Shown here piece by piece: positions 37,994 to 49,970 of a DNA stretch of 64,000 nucleotides. Position 1 is the stretch's first letter. Each line of letters starts with the position of its first letter. The notes under the pieces were generated by a model that made no database searches, was not told the origin of the DNA, and saw nothing but the letters and a program-made list of their open reading frames with translations. The position numbers and the translations under genes were made by a program. Source of the stretch: Neoconidiobolus thromboides FSU 785 (lineage: Eukaryota > Fungi > Entomophthoromycota); the NCBI GenBank assembly GCA_025603075.1, contig MU626300.1, positions 62,001 to 126,000 of the forward strand, written 5' to 3'.

Positions 37994-39142
37994 ATGAAGT
38001 TAGCCTTTCTATTCTTAGTAGTCTTATTATATTGCAATGCAATCGCAGGTCAATTCCTACCCAAAACGTTTGTAATTAAATTCAAGGATGATATGTTAGG
38101 CTTAAACCTTCATCAAGCCATCAGTAATACTTTGGCGCCATTGAAGCATTTAATATTTGGACGACCCGAAGTTAGAAACATTTATAGCCATATTTTTAAA
38201 GGGTTTTCAGCTCACATGCCCGCTTTTTTAGTAGATAGGATTAAAAAATTACCACTAGTTGATGTAATTGAAGAAGACATGGTCATCAATATCAATGATT
38301 TTCAAATGAACGCGCCTTGGGGTTTGGCTAGGATTTCCCAAAGGGAGCCTATTTCAAATAACAAAACAATATATAAACATAGCCCTAATGGTGGCGAAGG
38401 TGTAGCTGTTTATGTCATAGATACCGGGGTTCGAATCACTCATGAAGAATTTGAAGGAAGAGCTGTGTTTGGAAAATCATTTACAGAAGGTAGTAATACA
38501 AGTGATGAGAACGGTCATGGTACCCATGTAGCAGCTACAGTAGCAGGAAAGACATATGGAGTAGCCAAAAAAGCACAAATTGTAGCCTTAAAAGTGTTTG
38601 ATGCTAGTGGTACTGGATCAACATCCGATATTATATCGGCGGTTGATTGGGCAGTAAAAGATAAACGAGGTAAAAATGGGAATGTACTTAATATGAGTTT
38701 GGGTGGTGGATTTAGTATGCTTCTTAACTTTGCCGTTGAAAAGGCTTACCGTAAAGATTTTGTAATAGTTGCTGCAGCTGGTAATTCGGATCAAAATGCT
38801 TGTTTTAATTCACCTGCCTCTAGCTTTAATGTTATTACCGTTGGAGCTACTAATATTACAGATCATCGAGCTTATTTTTCAAACCACGGTAATTGCGTTA
38901 ACGTGTTTGCCCCAGGGCAAAATATCCAATCGGCTTGGATTGGTAATGATAAAGATACCAAAATTATTTCAGGAACCTCCATGGCTTGTCCACATGTAGC
39001 TGGATTAGCTGCTTATTTTTTAAGTCAAGAAAAACTAAAAACATCACAAGTAGCTAATAAAATCAAAAAATTGGCTACTAAAAAAGTAGTTAAAGAGGAG
39101 GGTTTCCTATCGCCAAATATATTAGTATATAATGGCGAATAA
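37994..39142 (+). CDS. Secreted subtilisin-like serine protease (S8A, proteinase K type) with I9 propeptide
   Basis: Signal peptide, APWGLARIS, catalytic YVIDTG, NGHGTHVA and SGTSMACPHVAG. Confidence 0.96.
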   Translation: MKLAFLFLVVLLYCNAIAGQFLPKTFVIKFKDDMLGLNLHQAISNTLAPLKHLIFGRPEVRNIYSHIFKGFSAHMPAFLVDRIKKLPLVDVIEEDMVININDFQMNAPWGLARISQREPISNNKTIYKHSPNGGEGVAVYVIDTGVRITHEEFEGRAVFGKSFTEGSNTSDENGHGTHVAATVAGKTYGVAKKAQIVALKVFDASGTGSTSDIISAVDWAVKDKRGKNGNVLNMSLGGGFSMLLNFAVEKAYRKDFVIVAAAGNSDQNACFNSPASSFNVITVGATNITDHRAYFSNHGNCVNVFAPGQNIQSAWIGNDKDTKIISGTSMACPHVAGLAAYFLSQEKLKTSQVANKIKKLATKKVVKEEGFLSPNILVYNGE

Positions 39143-39324
39143 TTATAGTATTATAGATACGCTTCGATTAAGATGTGCTTCTCAGCATAAAAAGTGTGGG
39201 ACTAAGCAATGTACTAAACTATTAAAAATTATTAAATTAAAGTAAAATGAACATTGTATTTCAAAATAAAGTTTAATAAGCATACAACTTTTATTTTTTT
39301 TTATTTGAAACATAATAAATTCAT

Positions 39325-40059
39325 TTAATTTTTAATAGGATAACTAATTGTTGAAGGACAAGAACCAGCCGAAGGAGCATTAGTAATTTTAAAGTCCGAT
39401 TTACCATTCACATACATATAAACTTTAACTTCACTAATCGCACCATTAGTACAAGTAAGTTGAACTTGAGCCCCCAATTTATTAAAGGCAGCAATAATAT
39501 CACTTTTAGAGTAAGATCTACCAGGTGTAATTCCTGAACTTTTCAATGTATTATATAAATCGAATTTAGTCCTTAAAGTTAAAGCTGTCTTAAAATAATC
39601 TCTAGCATCTTGGCCTCTTTGAAAGGCAGTATAGCACTTTGGTTCATAGATAGAATAGCAAGTACCATGTTTCCCCCATTCATGTTCCCAGAAAGAGGGA
39701 TTATCTCCTTTATAAGAAGCCCAATAAGTATTCATTTGGGTTTCTAAAGAAGTATCAACGGCAACTATATTCTTAAGATCAGTGTATTGACGTGTACTGT
39801 CACAACCATTATTGGGGCCAAAACTACCATCACAGTTGTTAGGCCATAAGCCGTGAACGGTAAAGGCATCTTTAGGACCTAAACCAGGATACCACTGTAA
39901 AGCTAAGACTAATAAACCGAGCTTAGGACTACAACAAGTGTCTGTAGCACTTGCTGAACAAGAACGAATGTCATTGGAACAAGCCAATTGTTTTGTTGTC
40001 AATTGACTTAAACTGGTTAGTGTGAAAAGAGGAAATAAAATACTGGTAGTGAACTTCAT
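39325..40059 (-). CDS. Secreted ribonuclease T2, paralog 2
   Basis: FTVHGLWP and FWEHEWGKHGTC; colinear with paralog 1. Confidence 0.96.
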   Translation of the reverse strand: MKFTTSILFPLFTLTSLSQLTTKQLACSNDIRSCSASATDTCCSPKLGLLVLALQWYPGLGPKDAFTVHGLWPNNCDGSFGPNNGCDSTRQYTDLKNIVAVDTSLETQMNTYWASYKGDNPSFWEHEWGKHGTCYSIYEPKCYTAFQRGQDARDYFKTALTLRTKFDLYNTLKSSGITPGRSYSKSDIIAAFNKLGAQVQLTCTNGAISEVKVYMYVNGKSDFKITNAPSAGSCPSTISYPIKN

Positions 40060-41431
40060 AATACAGAATAAGTTTTGTGATGAACCAAGTTAGACTTTTG
40101 TGAACTTATATAGCTTTTCAAATGCATTTGTTTTAGCTATATTTATTAATATAAATATATTATTGACTTTTTTATAACTTATTTACGGGTTATTATTTTA
40201 ATTTAGATAATAAATGCCATGTGCCATGTTTGTTTGGTTCATGATCATAGTAAAATAAAACAGTTATTGACTGTTTAAAAGGCCATATTTGCTAAAAGTT
40301 TCGATCAATTGTTAGGTTTTATTTATTTATATTACTTTAAATGCTAACATCAGTTATATCACTTATTGTACTGATAGAACTAATAAATTTAAATTTAAAA
40401 AATTTATTATACATTTTATTATAAAATTTAAATGTATAATTAATTTAAAAGCGGTTATATATGCTATCATATGTCTAAAGATGATTTAAAGCATTATGTA
40501 ACTATATTTGATATGTAAAATGAGTTTATTCAACCATAGCTTTATTAAAAATATTAAAATTTCCATAACTTCACACTTTACTTTAATTATTGATATCTAA
40601 AATAATAATTAATAATTTCACATACAACGTGGTTCTAGTATAAGGTAAAGTAATAATGATTGAAGCACTTTGTAAAAGTTGTTAATGAATTCGGTAACTT
40701 TTTCAGCTACCGCTACTTTACCACATGCTCGAAGGCGCTTGATTTTACTAATAAAATTAATGGTTTAATAAGGAATTTATAGCTAAAAGGCACATGTATT
40801 AATCTTATTCTAAAAAACCTTATTTATTAAAAAAATCATTATAATTTGATATACTATTTAAAGTAAACTATTGATTTAGGGATATTTTATCGAATTTAGT
40901 AAATTGTTTCTTTTTGTTATTATAAAGTATACTGTTGATGACTATAGTTTTCGAAACTATACAATAAGCTGGAGTATTGAGCAATTTGTTATATCAATCT
41001 ATTTTCTTAAATTATCCATGTTTTAATCTATAATTTAATTCATCTAATGCTTATGTTTTAATATTTATAATTGTCAAATACCCTCAAAGTAGTAAATATG
41101 ATCATTAGATTTAACATATTATACTACATATAGTAATAGGCTGCAGATGTTTATTTTATTTAAAAAGGAGATGAAGTAAAGAAATTTATATATTTAGATC
41201 TATGTTGTTTACAATGTTTTAATCTATTGTTAATTTATTCTTGCTTCTTATGTTAGATTATTGAGTTTTATCTTAATGTATTATAATTATTAGATTACTT
41301 AAAATTATTATATCATTTTAAAAGTTGTAATAACAACTATCAAAAAAGCATCATGAAATATAAATACACAATTTTTTCTATTAACATCAACACATCCATC
41401 ATATGAAAACTGGGCCTAAAAATCATTATTT

Positions 41432-41530
41432 GGAGATGTATTTTTATGTTTAATAATTTTACTAATAATCTTTCCGCTCAATTAGCGCTTAAAAAACAAA
41501 AAAAGTAATGAAGTCAAAAAAAACATCACC
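41432..41530 (+). mobile_element. MITE copy K
   Basis: GGAGATG...CATCACC; ATTT/ATTT flanks. Confidence 0.85.
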
Positions 41531-41534
41531 ATTT

Positions 41535-41632
41535 GGGGGTGTTTTTTTGTGTTTAAGAATTTTACTAACAATCTTTTCACTCGAATAGTGCTTAAAAAGT
41601 GGAAAAATAATGAAATCAAAAAAAACATCGCC
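41535..41632 (+). mobile_element. MITE copy L (head-to-tail with K)
   Basis: GGGGGTG...CATCGCC; ATTT/ATTT flanks, the left one shared with K. Confidence 0.85.
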
Positions 41633-42131
41633 ATTTGTTGTCTATAATACTAAAAAAAATGAATGCTTATGACTCATATATAATATAATATGAATGAATA
41701 ATAAGTTAAAAGTTTGAAGAGTTAAGTCAATATTTAAGTTATAAACTCAAGGCTCAAATTTTTTGTCCAATATTGATTTTTAGCAAAAATTGTGAATCAG
41801 GCACAAAATCTATAAAAATAGTTCCTTTTGCTTAATTTTAAAATGACTCAAACATGTACAGTTTTTGTTCAATGTCTATTTAATATTTCTTTTAATATTT
41901 TACGCTATATAGAAAATGTACAAAGAAGAGAAATTAGAAACTTCTATTTTTAATTTTAACCAGACTTTTAAACTTCCTATTTACTGTTTATGTTTACCAT
42001 CTAAAAATTTAAAAAACCATTTATCAAACTCAAAACTCAAACCCAACCAATCAAACTCCTATGATGACATTTATGACAAGAAAAATCTTGTCAAAACCGA
42101 AACTCTAAGTCCTTATCTTTTATCAAAAAAA

Positions 42132-44075
42132 ATGAGTAAAGTCAGCAGTGTATTAACCAGTAGCTTATATGAAAAGCATACCAAAGGCTTTTTAAAATTT
42201 ATCAATGCTTCGCCCAGTCCATTCCATGCAGTAAAAAATATAAAAGAAAGATTACATGAGAATGGATTTTTGGAATTAAAAGAAAGGGATAGTTGGAATG
42301 GTAAACTGGAAAAAAATGGTAAATATTATTTTACTAGGAATCAATCAACTATTGTTGCTTTTGCTGTTGGAGAGAAATTTGTAAGTTTAGATATATTGTC
42401 TTTGTTAGTTGCTGATGATTAAATAAAAATATAGGAGCCTGGAAATGGATTTTCAATGGTAGCTGCTCATACCGATTCTCCTTGTCTTAAGGTAAATTTT
42501 CTTATTTTTAAAATAAAATAAAAATTCACTACAACATTTAGGTGAAACCAATCTCTAAGAAAGAAAAGGTTGGATATCTTCAAGTTGGTGTTCAATTATA
42601 TGGTGGCGGTTTATGGTATTTATATTAATTAAATATTGATTTATTAAACAACTAATATAATTAAAAGGCATACTTGGTTTGATCGTGATTTAGGTTTGGC
42701 TGGTAGAGTAGTTACTCAAAATAAAGACGGAGGTTTACAATCTCATCTTGTTCATATTAAACGGTATTTATTGAATAATGATCTTTACTATAATTATAAT
42801 AGCTAACTTTTATTATTTAGTCCAATTTTACGTGTACCAACATTAGCCATTCATTTAGATCGTGGTGTCAATGAAAAATTAGAATTTAATAAAGAAGACA
42901 AATTATTGCCTGTTTTAGCTACTGTTAATGAAAGGTAACTAAATACTTAAAAATGTAAATTAGTTAATTAATTGAATTAATTTAGATTAAATTCAGAACC
43001 CTCAAGTTCAACTTCTCATCATCCAGAGTTATTAAGTTTATTATCTCAAGAATTAAGTGTAGAAGGTAATTAATATATAATAGCATAATAGTATAACAAT
43101 TGAAATTCTTTTTGCATAGCTGAAAGTATTCTCGATATCGAGTTATGTTTATTTGATACTCAAGAATCATGTACCGGTGGCATCAATAATGAATTTATAT
43201 TTTCTGCCAGATTAGATAATTTAATGATGAGTTATACTACAGTTGAAGGTTTGATAGATTCCTTGGATAAACATCCATTAAATGAAGATCCAAATGTACG
43301 TTTAATGTGCTTATATGATAATGAAGAAGTTGGTTCTGCTTCTGCTTATGGAGCTGATTCTTTGTTAACTGAGTCTACTATGCGTCGTATTCAAGCTGCT
43401 GTTTCCAAAGATGCTCATACTGTAAGTTTTTTTATGATTTTTGTAATGTAAAATATTAAATCTGTAACAGACTGCTTTCGAAGAAGGCATTGCTAAAAGT
43501 TATCTAATTTCGGCTGATATGGCCCATGCTATCCATCCTAATTATAGGTAATTTATAGTTATAAAGTATCTTAAAGTGATGAAACAAAAATAATTTTACT
43601 TTTAATTAGTGATAAACATGAAAGTAACCATCAACCCAAGATCCATGGTGGTGTTGTAATTAAACATAATGCCAATCAACGTTATGCTACTACATCAGCT
43701 ACATCAGCTATCCTTAAACATATTGCCGAACGTTTAAGTCTTCCATTACAAGAATTTGTAGTACGTAATGATTGTGCCTGCGGTTCTACTATTGGCCCTA
43801 TCCTTTCTTCTAAGCTTGGTTTACAAACTATTGGTAAAGGATTTAAGAGTTAGCTAATTTTAATATAGTAATTAATGAATTGTTTTATAGATATTGGATG
43901 TCCTCAACTTTCTATGCATTCTATTCGTGAAATGGCTGGTGTTCAAGATCTTGCTCATGCTATTAAATTGTTTGAGGTAAAAGTATTGTTTTCTTCATAG
44001 TCGTTGTTTTTAATTTCATTGTAGGAATTTTATGGTTGTTTCCCAAGAGTATTAAGTAAATTTCAAGTAGATTAA
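42132..44075 (+). CDS. Aspartyl aminopeptidase, M18 family (APE4/DNPEP-like), multi-exon
   Basis: FINASPSPFHAV, AHTDSPCLK, YGGGLWHTWFDRDL, PTLAIHLDR, RLDNL, YDNEEVGS, SADMAHA.HPNY, CGSTIGP, MHSIRE. The start is taken at ATG 42132, not at the upstream ORF start. Confidence 0.95.
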
Positions 44076-44876
44076 AAAAACAATCAATTAATTAAAACCT
44101 TGTGTCTGGGATTATTTTTATTATTTAATATCTAATTGAATATATTGGCAGTTATATTATTATGATTAACTTTTTTAATATAATGATTAATATATAGCAC
44201 AAAACTTAAAGGTCAAATTATACTTTTTATTATATGCATATTTTAATCTAAATTAACATTTTAAATATTTCATAATTACATATTAATATTAATAGTATTT
44301 AAAGTTTATAGACTACTAGTAAAACCATTAACTGTAATAAAGTTGGCTATGAAAATTGAATCCAATGGAAACGTGCTACTACTTCGTTAAACTTATAAAC
44401 TTAATGGGATTTATAAAGTTAAACAATATTGAAAAGAAATTAAGAATGTTTAGTTAAAAGTTGAAAATAAAATAAAATATACTTATCATAAGATTGTTAC
44501 CTGAATTCACCTTCTTTATAAGACAAAGAATCAGGTATTAAATATTAAAAGAAAAGCAGATAAGAACATTATCACTTTGTAAAAAAGCAAAAAAAATCAA
44601 AATGATGTCTACTGATTGATTGCATTTCTTATAACAGTTACTTAGGCAGTTTTAAATGATTATTATTGCAAACAAAATACTTGGAGTTTAGTCTCTATTA
44701 AGAGAATAAAGAAGTCCTACGTCTTCTTAGTATTTGACTTTAATCTTATAATCAAATATAAAGCAAGGCTCAAACAAATGAATGGATAAACTTGATTATA
44801 AGACATCTAGGACTTAAATAAATAATAGTATATAAACTATACTTAATTTTCAAATCTTAATATCTACAAAATGTAT

Positions 44877-44976
44877 GGGGATATATTTTTGTATTTAAGA
44901 ATTTTACTAACAATTTTTCCACTCAAATAGTGCTTAAAAGATGGAAAAAGTAATGAAGCCAAAAAAAAACATTCAC
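44877..44976 (+). mobile_element. MITE copy M
   Basis: GGGGATA...CATTCAC; GTAT/GTAT flanks. Confidence 0.87.
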
Positions 44977-45049
44977 GTATAATAGTAGTAATTCAATATT
45001 CCTTAAAACAATAATTTAAATATAAATCCTTTATTAAAATGAAGCATGT

Positions 45050-45271
45050 TTAATAGTAAGGAGCAATAGTAGGACAAGTTCCTTGTACAGTTTTGGTAAC
45101 ATAAGTGGTGGCAGTTTTAGTGACTACTTCGGTAATATCTTTGCAAGTATTTCCAGAGCCTCCGGAGCCTCCAGGACTTCCAGGACTTCCAGAACTTCCA
45201 GAACTTCCAGAACCATAGGTCTGGGAAAGAGTAGAGGTAGCAAATAATACAACAATAGCTAAAAGTTTCAT
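45050..45271 (-). CDS. Small secreted Gly/Ser- then Thr-rich protein (73 aa)
   Basis: MKLLAIVVLFA signal; (GSS/GSP) repeats; C...T-rich...TCPTIAPYY. Confidence 0.75.
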   Translation of the reverse strand: MKLLAIVVLFATSTLSQTYGSGSSGSSGSPGSPGGSGGSGNTCKDITEVVTKTATTYVTKTVQGTCPTIAPYY

Positions 45272-46132
45272 TTTGATTTCGATGATTTTGTTTGTGTTTT
45301 TTAATAATTTCAACCCTTCAAGTTTGATAGTTTATATACACTTCAGATGCCTAGACACCTACATAAAAGAAAAACATTACGAACCTTAAGCCTTTGTTTA
45401 GAACATGAACTATTTTTATAACTCATTTTAAAATAATGTGTCAAGATGATATAGTTGATTCTGTTGATAAACTTAAATTATTTATCTAAAGTATTATCAT
45501 TCTTTATTTAATTCTTAAAAGGATCAATGCTCCCATTATTTTATTTACAGAATATTATTACCTTGTAACCAAGTTTTAGTAGCTTATTTTCGATCCATTC
45601 ATTTTTTGAAAAGAGCTGTTTTTAAAATAATCTCCCTTTCTTAGGCAAGAAAAAATAAAAAGGTTATTGCCTACAACAGTAAATATATTTTATGCCTAAA
45701 AACAAAATACTTTTCATGTAAAAAAATCAATTGTGGCAATTTCATACCCTCATGAATATAAATCAAATCATCTAAAAACAAGATTATTTTAGAAACAACC
45801 TTGAATTTATTTTATTACCATTTAAACATTATTTGAATCAATGACACCAAAAAATGTGACGGCTTTTTTTAAGGTTGAAATTAAAAATTAGAGTTTAGCT
45901 AGAAAATAAGTTTAAAACTTAGAAGAGATAAACTAAATCAATTCTATTCAAGCAGTAGGATGATTATATGATATAAAACATCATTAAGCTACTTCCTCGA
46001 GGTCAATTTCAATTAAAAATAGATTCCTTTAAAAGCCCATATTTTTATGTATCTTTTCTTCTAGACCCGTCCTCTATCCAGGCTATAAAAAAGAACATGG
46101 CCAACCCTAATCTTTTATATTAAAAACAAAAA

Positions 46133-46567
46133 ATGAAATTTATAGTATTTAACTCGATAGTACTCTTTTTTTTAGCTATTAACGCTATATATCAAAATGA
46201 TTATACTAGTGTTAGTAGCTATGGCGGAAGTTCTGGTGGAGGTAGTAATGGAAGCTATGGAGGAGGTAGTAGCGGCAGTAATGGTGGAAGCAACAATGGT
46301 GGTAATGGTGGCGGTAATAGTGGAGGTAATGGTGAAGGTAATAGTGGAGGTAATGGTGGAGGTAATAGTGGAGGTAATGTATGTAACCCAAAAACAACCA
46401 CTAAAACTTCGACTGTAATTATGACTTCAACTGCCACGGTAACCAATAAACCTACCAATTGTCCTACTCCTTGTGCTCCTAAAACTATCATTTCTACTAA
46501 GATTGTTACTTCTGCCAGTACCAAGACTGTAACCGTTAAACCTTATTGTCCTATTTCTTATTATTAA
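46133..46567 (+). CDS. Small secreted Gly/Asn- then Thr-rich protein (144 aa)
   Basis: Signal peptide; GGNSGGNG repeats; Thr-rich Cys-bounded segments; ends YCPISYY. Confidence 0.8.
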   Translation: MKFIVFNSIVLFFLAINAIYQNDYTSVSSYGGSSGGGSNGSYGGGSSGSNGGSNNGGNGGGNSGGNGEGNSGGNGGGNSGGNVCNPKTTTKTSTVIMTSTATVTNKPTNCPTPCAPKTIISTKIVTSASTKTVTVKPYCPISYY

Positions 46568-46671
46568 AATTGGTTTAACAAGCTTATTTATAAACAAATA
46601 TCTATTTTATAACTTAACTTTAAATTTGTTTTTAGAACTCAAAATTCAATCAAAATAACTAAGTTCTATAT

Positions 46672-46744
46672 AGAGATGTTTTTTTGGCTTCATTATTTTT
46701 TCTATTTTTCAAGCACTATCTGACAGGAAATCTTGTTAGTAAAA
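46672..46744 (-). mobile_element. Truncated MITE copy N
   Basis: AGAGATG start after ATAT; similarity ends after GTTAGTAAAA. Confidence 0.7.
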
Positions 46745-47861
46745 ATAACTATCTTTAAATAGTCTTAAAGATAGAAAAATAATTAAAGTTGAAGCTTAAT
46801 AAGTTTTTGTACAAGTTTAAACTAATATAAAAATTATAAAATTATTTATAAAATTATTTATATTTTTGATTCATGCATAATTAATTTAAAATTATTTCAA
46901 TTAAATTTACTATAAGGTTTTTCACTTTTTAATTGGAAAAAACATTACTTTTATATTTGATATTTATACTTAATAGTTATAATAAATAATAAATATTGTT
47001 ATTATATTTTTTATATCAAGTAGTTTAGTATAAAATATTAAAAAAACTTTTTAATATTATAACTCCTCCTTTTAAATTTTACCATATTTAGTATAAAAAA
47101 CTTATTTTTTTGAATATTGAATTTTATATTGTTATTATTTAAGTTAAATTAAAACTAAATACTTAATTTAAAACTATATAATAATTTACTAATATTATAA
47201 TTTTATTAAAACTAAAAATTTTGAGCTTAAAATTTAAATATAGTAAAAAGCAAAAAATTATATAGAGCTGTTGAAATTCAATTATGTAAAAGCTAGCTGT
47301 TTATTTTAAAAATAAGAGATTAAACATTATTGAACACCATAACAGTAAAATAAAACTACAAAAATTATCCCTAATCAATGCATAATTAAATTCAATAGTT
47401 GTAATTCAAAGTTGCAAAAAGCCATTATTAGAAAACCTTGTAACATTTTTTTTGGTTGAATTTTGATTCAATTAAACTTATTTTTAAATTCTCCTGGTAA
47501 TAAAAAAGCTTAAAGATATTTATAAAAACAAAGTATCACTTTATAAAAGATATGCTAAAACTATTGTTGACAGTTTAGTAGAATATTATCAACATACCAC
47601 TTAATTATAGATGATTCTACACTATTCCAGTGAAATTGAATGACGTTGGATTTTATTTTGTACAACTTGAAATTAAAGCGAATATTAATTTTATTGGTTG
47701 ATACTGATATCATGATTTGAGTTTTCCTAGAATCTCAAATGAATTAAATTGCAATTTCAAGCATGACCTTTTATAAAGCTACCTTAATAATATAAAAGTA
47801 ATAAGAAAGTATAATAAATAAAAATAAGAACAAGATTTAATTCAAAAAGTTAAAATAAACA

Positions 47862-48872
47862 ATGTCCACCGAAAACAATGAATATAAATTAGTCGTTGCA
47901 ACTAAAGAACAACAATTAAAATGTTGGAAAACAATTGGACCTTATTGGGGTAAAGGTATTAATGAGAGTGAATTCATAGCTAGAGAAACATTATTAACTG
48001 GAGGTGCCTTTGGAAAAGAAAATTTGACTCAATGGGTCTTGATTGATAGTAATGATAAGATGCTAACCTTTTGTGAAAGTTATCAACGTAATGCTATTTA
48101 TAAGAATGAAAATGAAATAGAGAAAAGAAAAGTTTATAGTATTTGTTCGGTATTTACACCTGAAGAATATCGAGGAAATGGTTATGCTTCAAAAATGTTT
48201 CAATTATTAGTAAATGAATTGGATAAAAACGATACTTTATGCTCTGTACTTTATTCAGATGTAGGTCAATTTTATGAACGTTTTGGGTATAAAGAATATG
48301 ATCCCTATCATTTAGAGTTAGATTCTAATGTTGATAATCTTCAATTAGATGAAAACATTCACTATTTAACAGAAGGTGAGATTAAAAAAATAAGTGAGTT
48401 AGATCTTCAGTTAATTGAAAGAGAATTAAAAGAAAGTGAAGAGAAATCAATTATGGTAATTGAACCAAATTTTGATTGTTATGAATGGCATTTTACTCGA
48501 AGTCGATATTATGCTAATTACAAAAAGAAAGAAATACCTACTATTTTTGGTTCGATTTATCAAGGTGAAGAACTGGAATTTTTAATATGGACTTATGATT
48601 TTAATGAGAATGAATTAGTCATTTTAAGACATAGAATTCAAAATCATGGGGATGAATTATTAAACTCTGCTTTGTTAAAGTTAAAAGAGATGAAGTTCAC
48701 TAAAATTGTTGCTTGGAATTTATATAAAAAAGATGTTGGGGAGTATTTTAATGATAAAGTTGTTATTGTTAAAAGAGATGTAGATTCTTTACCTTATGCT
48801 ACTTTTCCTCAATTAAAAAATCAAAAGGATTATCCTCATTGGTGGTATATTCAAAAATATAATTGGGTTTAA
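47862..48872 (+). CDS. GNAT acetyltransferase, LYC1-like, paralog 2 (intronless)
   Basis: ICSVFTPEEYRGNGYASKM, SVLYSDVGQFYERFGY, FLIWTYDF, SLPYA. Confidence 0.85.
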   Translation: MSTENNEYKLVVATKEQQLKCWKTIGPYWGKGINESEFIARETLLTGGAFGKENLTQWVLIDSNDKMLTFCESYQRNAIYKNENEIEKRKVYSICSVFTPEEYRGNGYASKMFQLLVNELDKNDTLCSVLYSDVGQFYERFGYKEYDPYHLELDSNVDNLQLDENIHYLTEGEIKKISELDLQLIERELKESEEKSIMVIEPNFDCYEWHFTRSRYYANYKKKEIPTIFGSIYQGEELEFLIWTYDFNENELVILRHRIQNHGDELLNSALLKLKEMKFTKIVAWNLYKKDVGEYFNDKVVIVKRDVDSLPYATFPQLKNQKDYPHWWYIQKYNWV

Positions 48873-48925
48873 ATAAAAAATTAAAGTTATATAATATAAT
48901 TTATTAATAATATTATTAAATTGAG

Positions 48926-48960
48926 TTTAATTTTAATTTTAATTTTAATTTTAATTTTAA
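48926..48960. repeat. (TTTTAA)n microsatellite
   Basis: About six tandem hexamers. Confidence 0.8.
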
Positions 48961-49450
48961 TTAATTATAGAATAAATTTATTTATTCTGTAAGAATTTTC
49001 AATTAAAATGACATTGTTTTTAAATGTTAGTTCTATAATTCTAGTTTCAAACCTTTTAATTTTATTATCAAATTTTATGATTATTTTAAATAATAATAAA
49101 ATAAGACAAATTAGTAATATTTATCAAAATTTTATTATAATTATTTAATTATTATTCTAACATCTTTTTTTCTATTAATTAAATCATAGTTTTTGAGATA
49201 AGGAATTAGAGATCAACTGATTTTTATTTAAACTAATATAAATTCTTGAAAACTTATCAATAAATATTAAATTTATTAATAAAATTATTAAAAAAGTGAC
49301 GGGGATTTTTATGAAACGTAAGTCGGATGATTGGTTTAACTCTAAGTATAAAAAAAGTTAACAACGCCACTTTAGAGGTTTATTTTTTTATCTTTTTTAT
49401 CTCAATTTACTCCAATTTATTTCAATTTATTTATTTTCAATTTCTATTTC

Positions 49451-49970
49451 ATGGGGATTTTACATATCAGTTATCTTTGTGGAAGCTCTACTTATGGTTG
49501 CAGTAATTGTGATACTCCACTTTTTACAAAAGATAACATATTAAATGAAGTAAATTTTATATTATTATTTTGTTTTGTTTTATTTTATTTTATTTAACTT
49601 ATTATTTAGTCATTTAATAAAAAAAGTCAACCTCAACTAATTAATAAAATGTAAGATAAATAATGTTTGATTATAATAAAATAAAAATTAATAATTTATT
49701 CTCTTTTAGTTATAATATAACAGAAGGAAATATTGAATTAAGACCAATGGTTAGTGGTATTCATAAAGTAGTCGATTTATATTGTATTTATTGTGATAAT
49801 TTATTAGGTTGGAAATATGTAATATTTTATTTTATTGACTGTTTTTTAATAATATTCAACAATGTTTAATAATATTTTTGTTTACTTATTAGGTTCATGC
49901 ATTTGATTATAATCAAAAATATAAAGAAGGAAAATATTATGTAATTGTGGAGAAAATTCAATGTGTTTAA
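49451..49970 (+). CDS. Yippee-family zinc-binding protein (4 exons)
   Basis: YGCSNC...; RPMVSGIHKVVDLYCIYCDNLLGWKY|VHAFDYNQKYKEGKY; GT-AG introns in phase. Confidence 0.9.

Noticed and set aside
12882-46524. Overlapping or antisense ORFs inside real genes (e.g. 12882, 13322, 13484, 14604, 14813, 21664, 34393, 38769, 46197, 46212, 46255)
   Set aside because: Shadow frames of GC-richer or repetitive coding sequence with no domains.
49451-49465. ATGGGGATTTT resembling a MITE terminus
   Set aside because: It is the start of the Yippee CDS and no internal MITE sequence follows.
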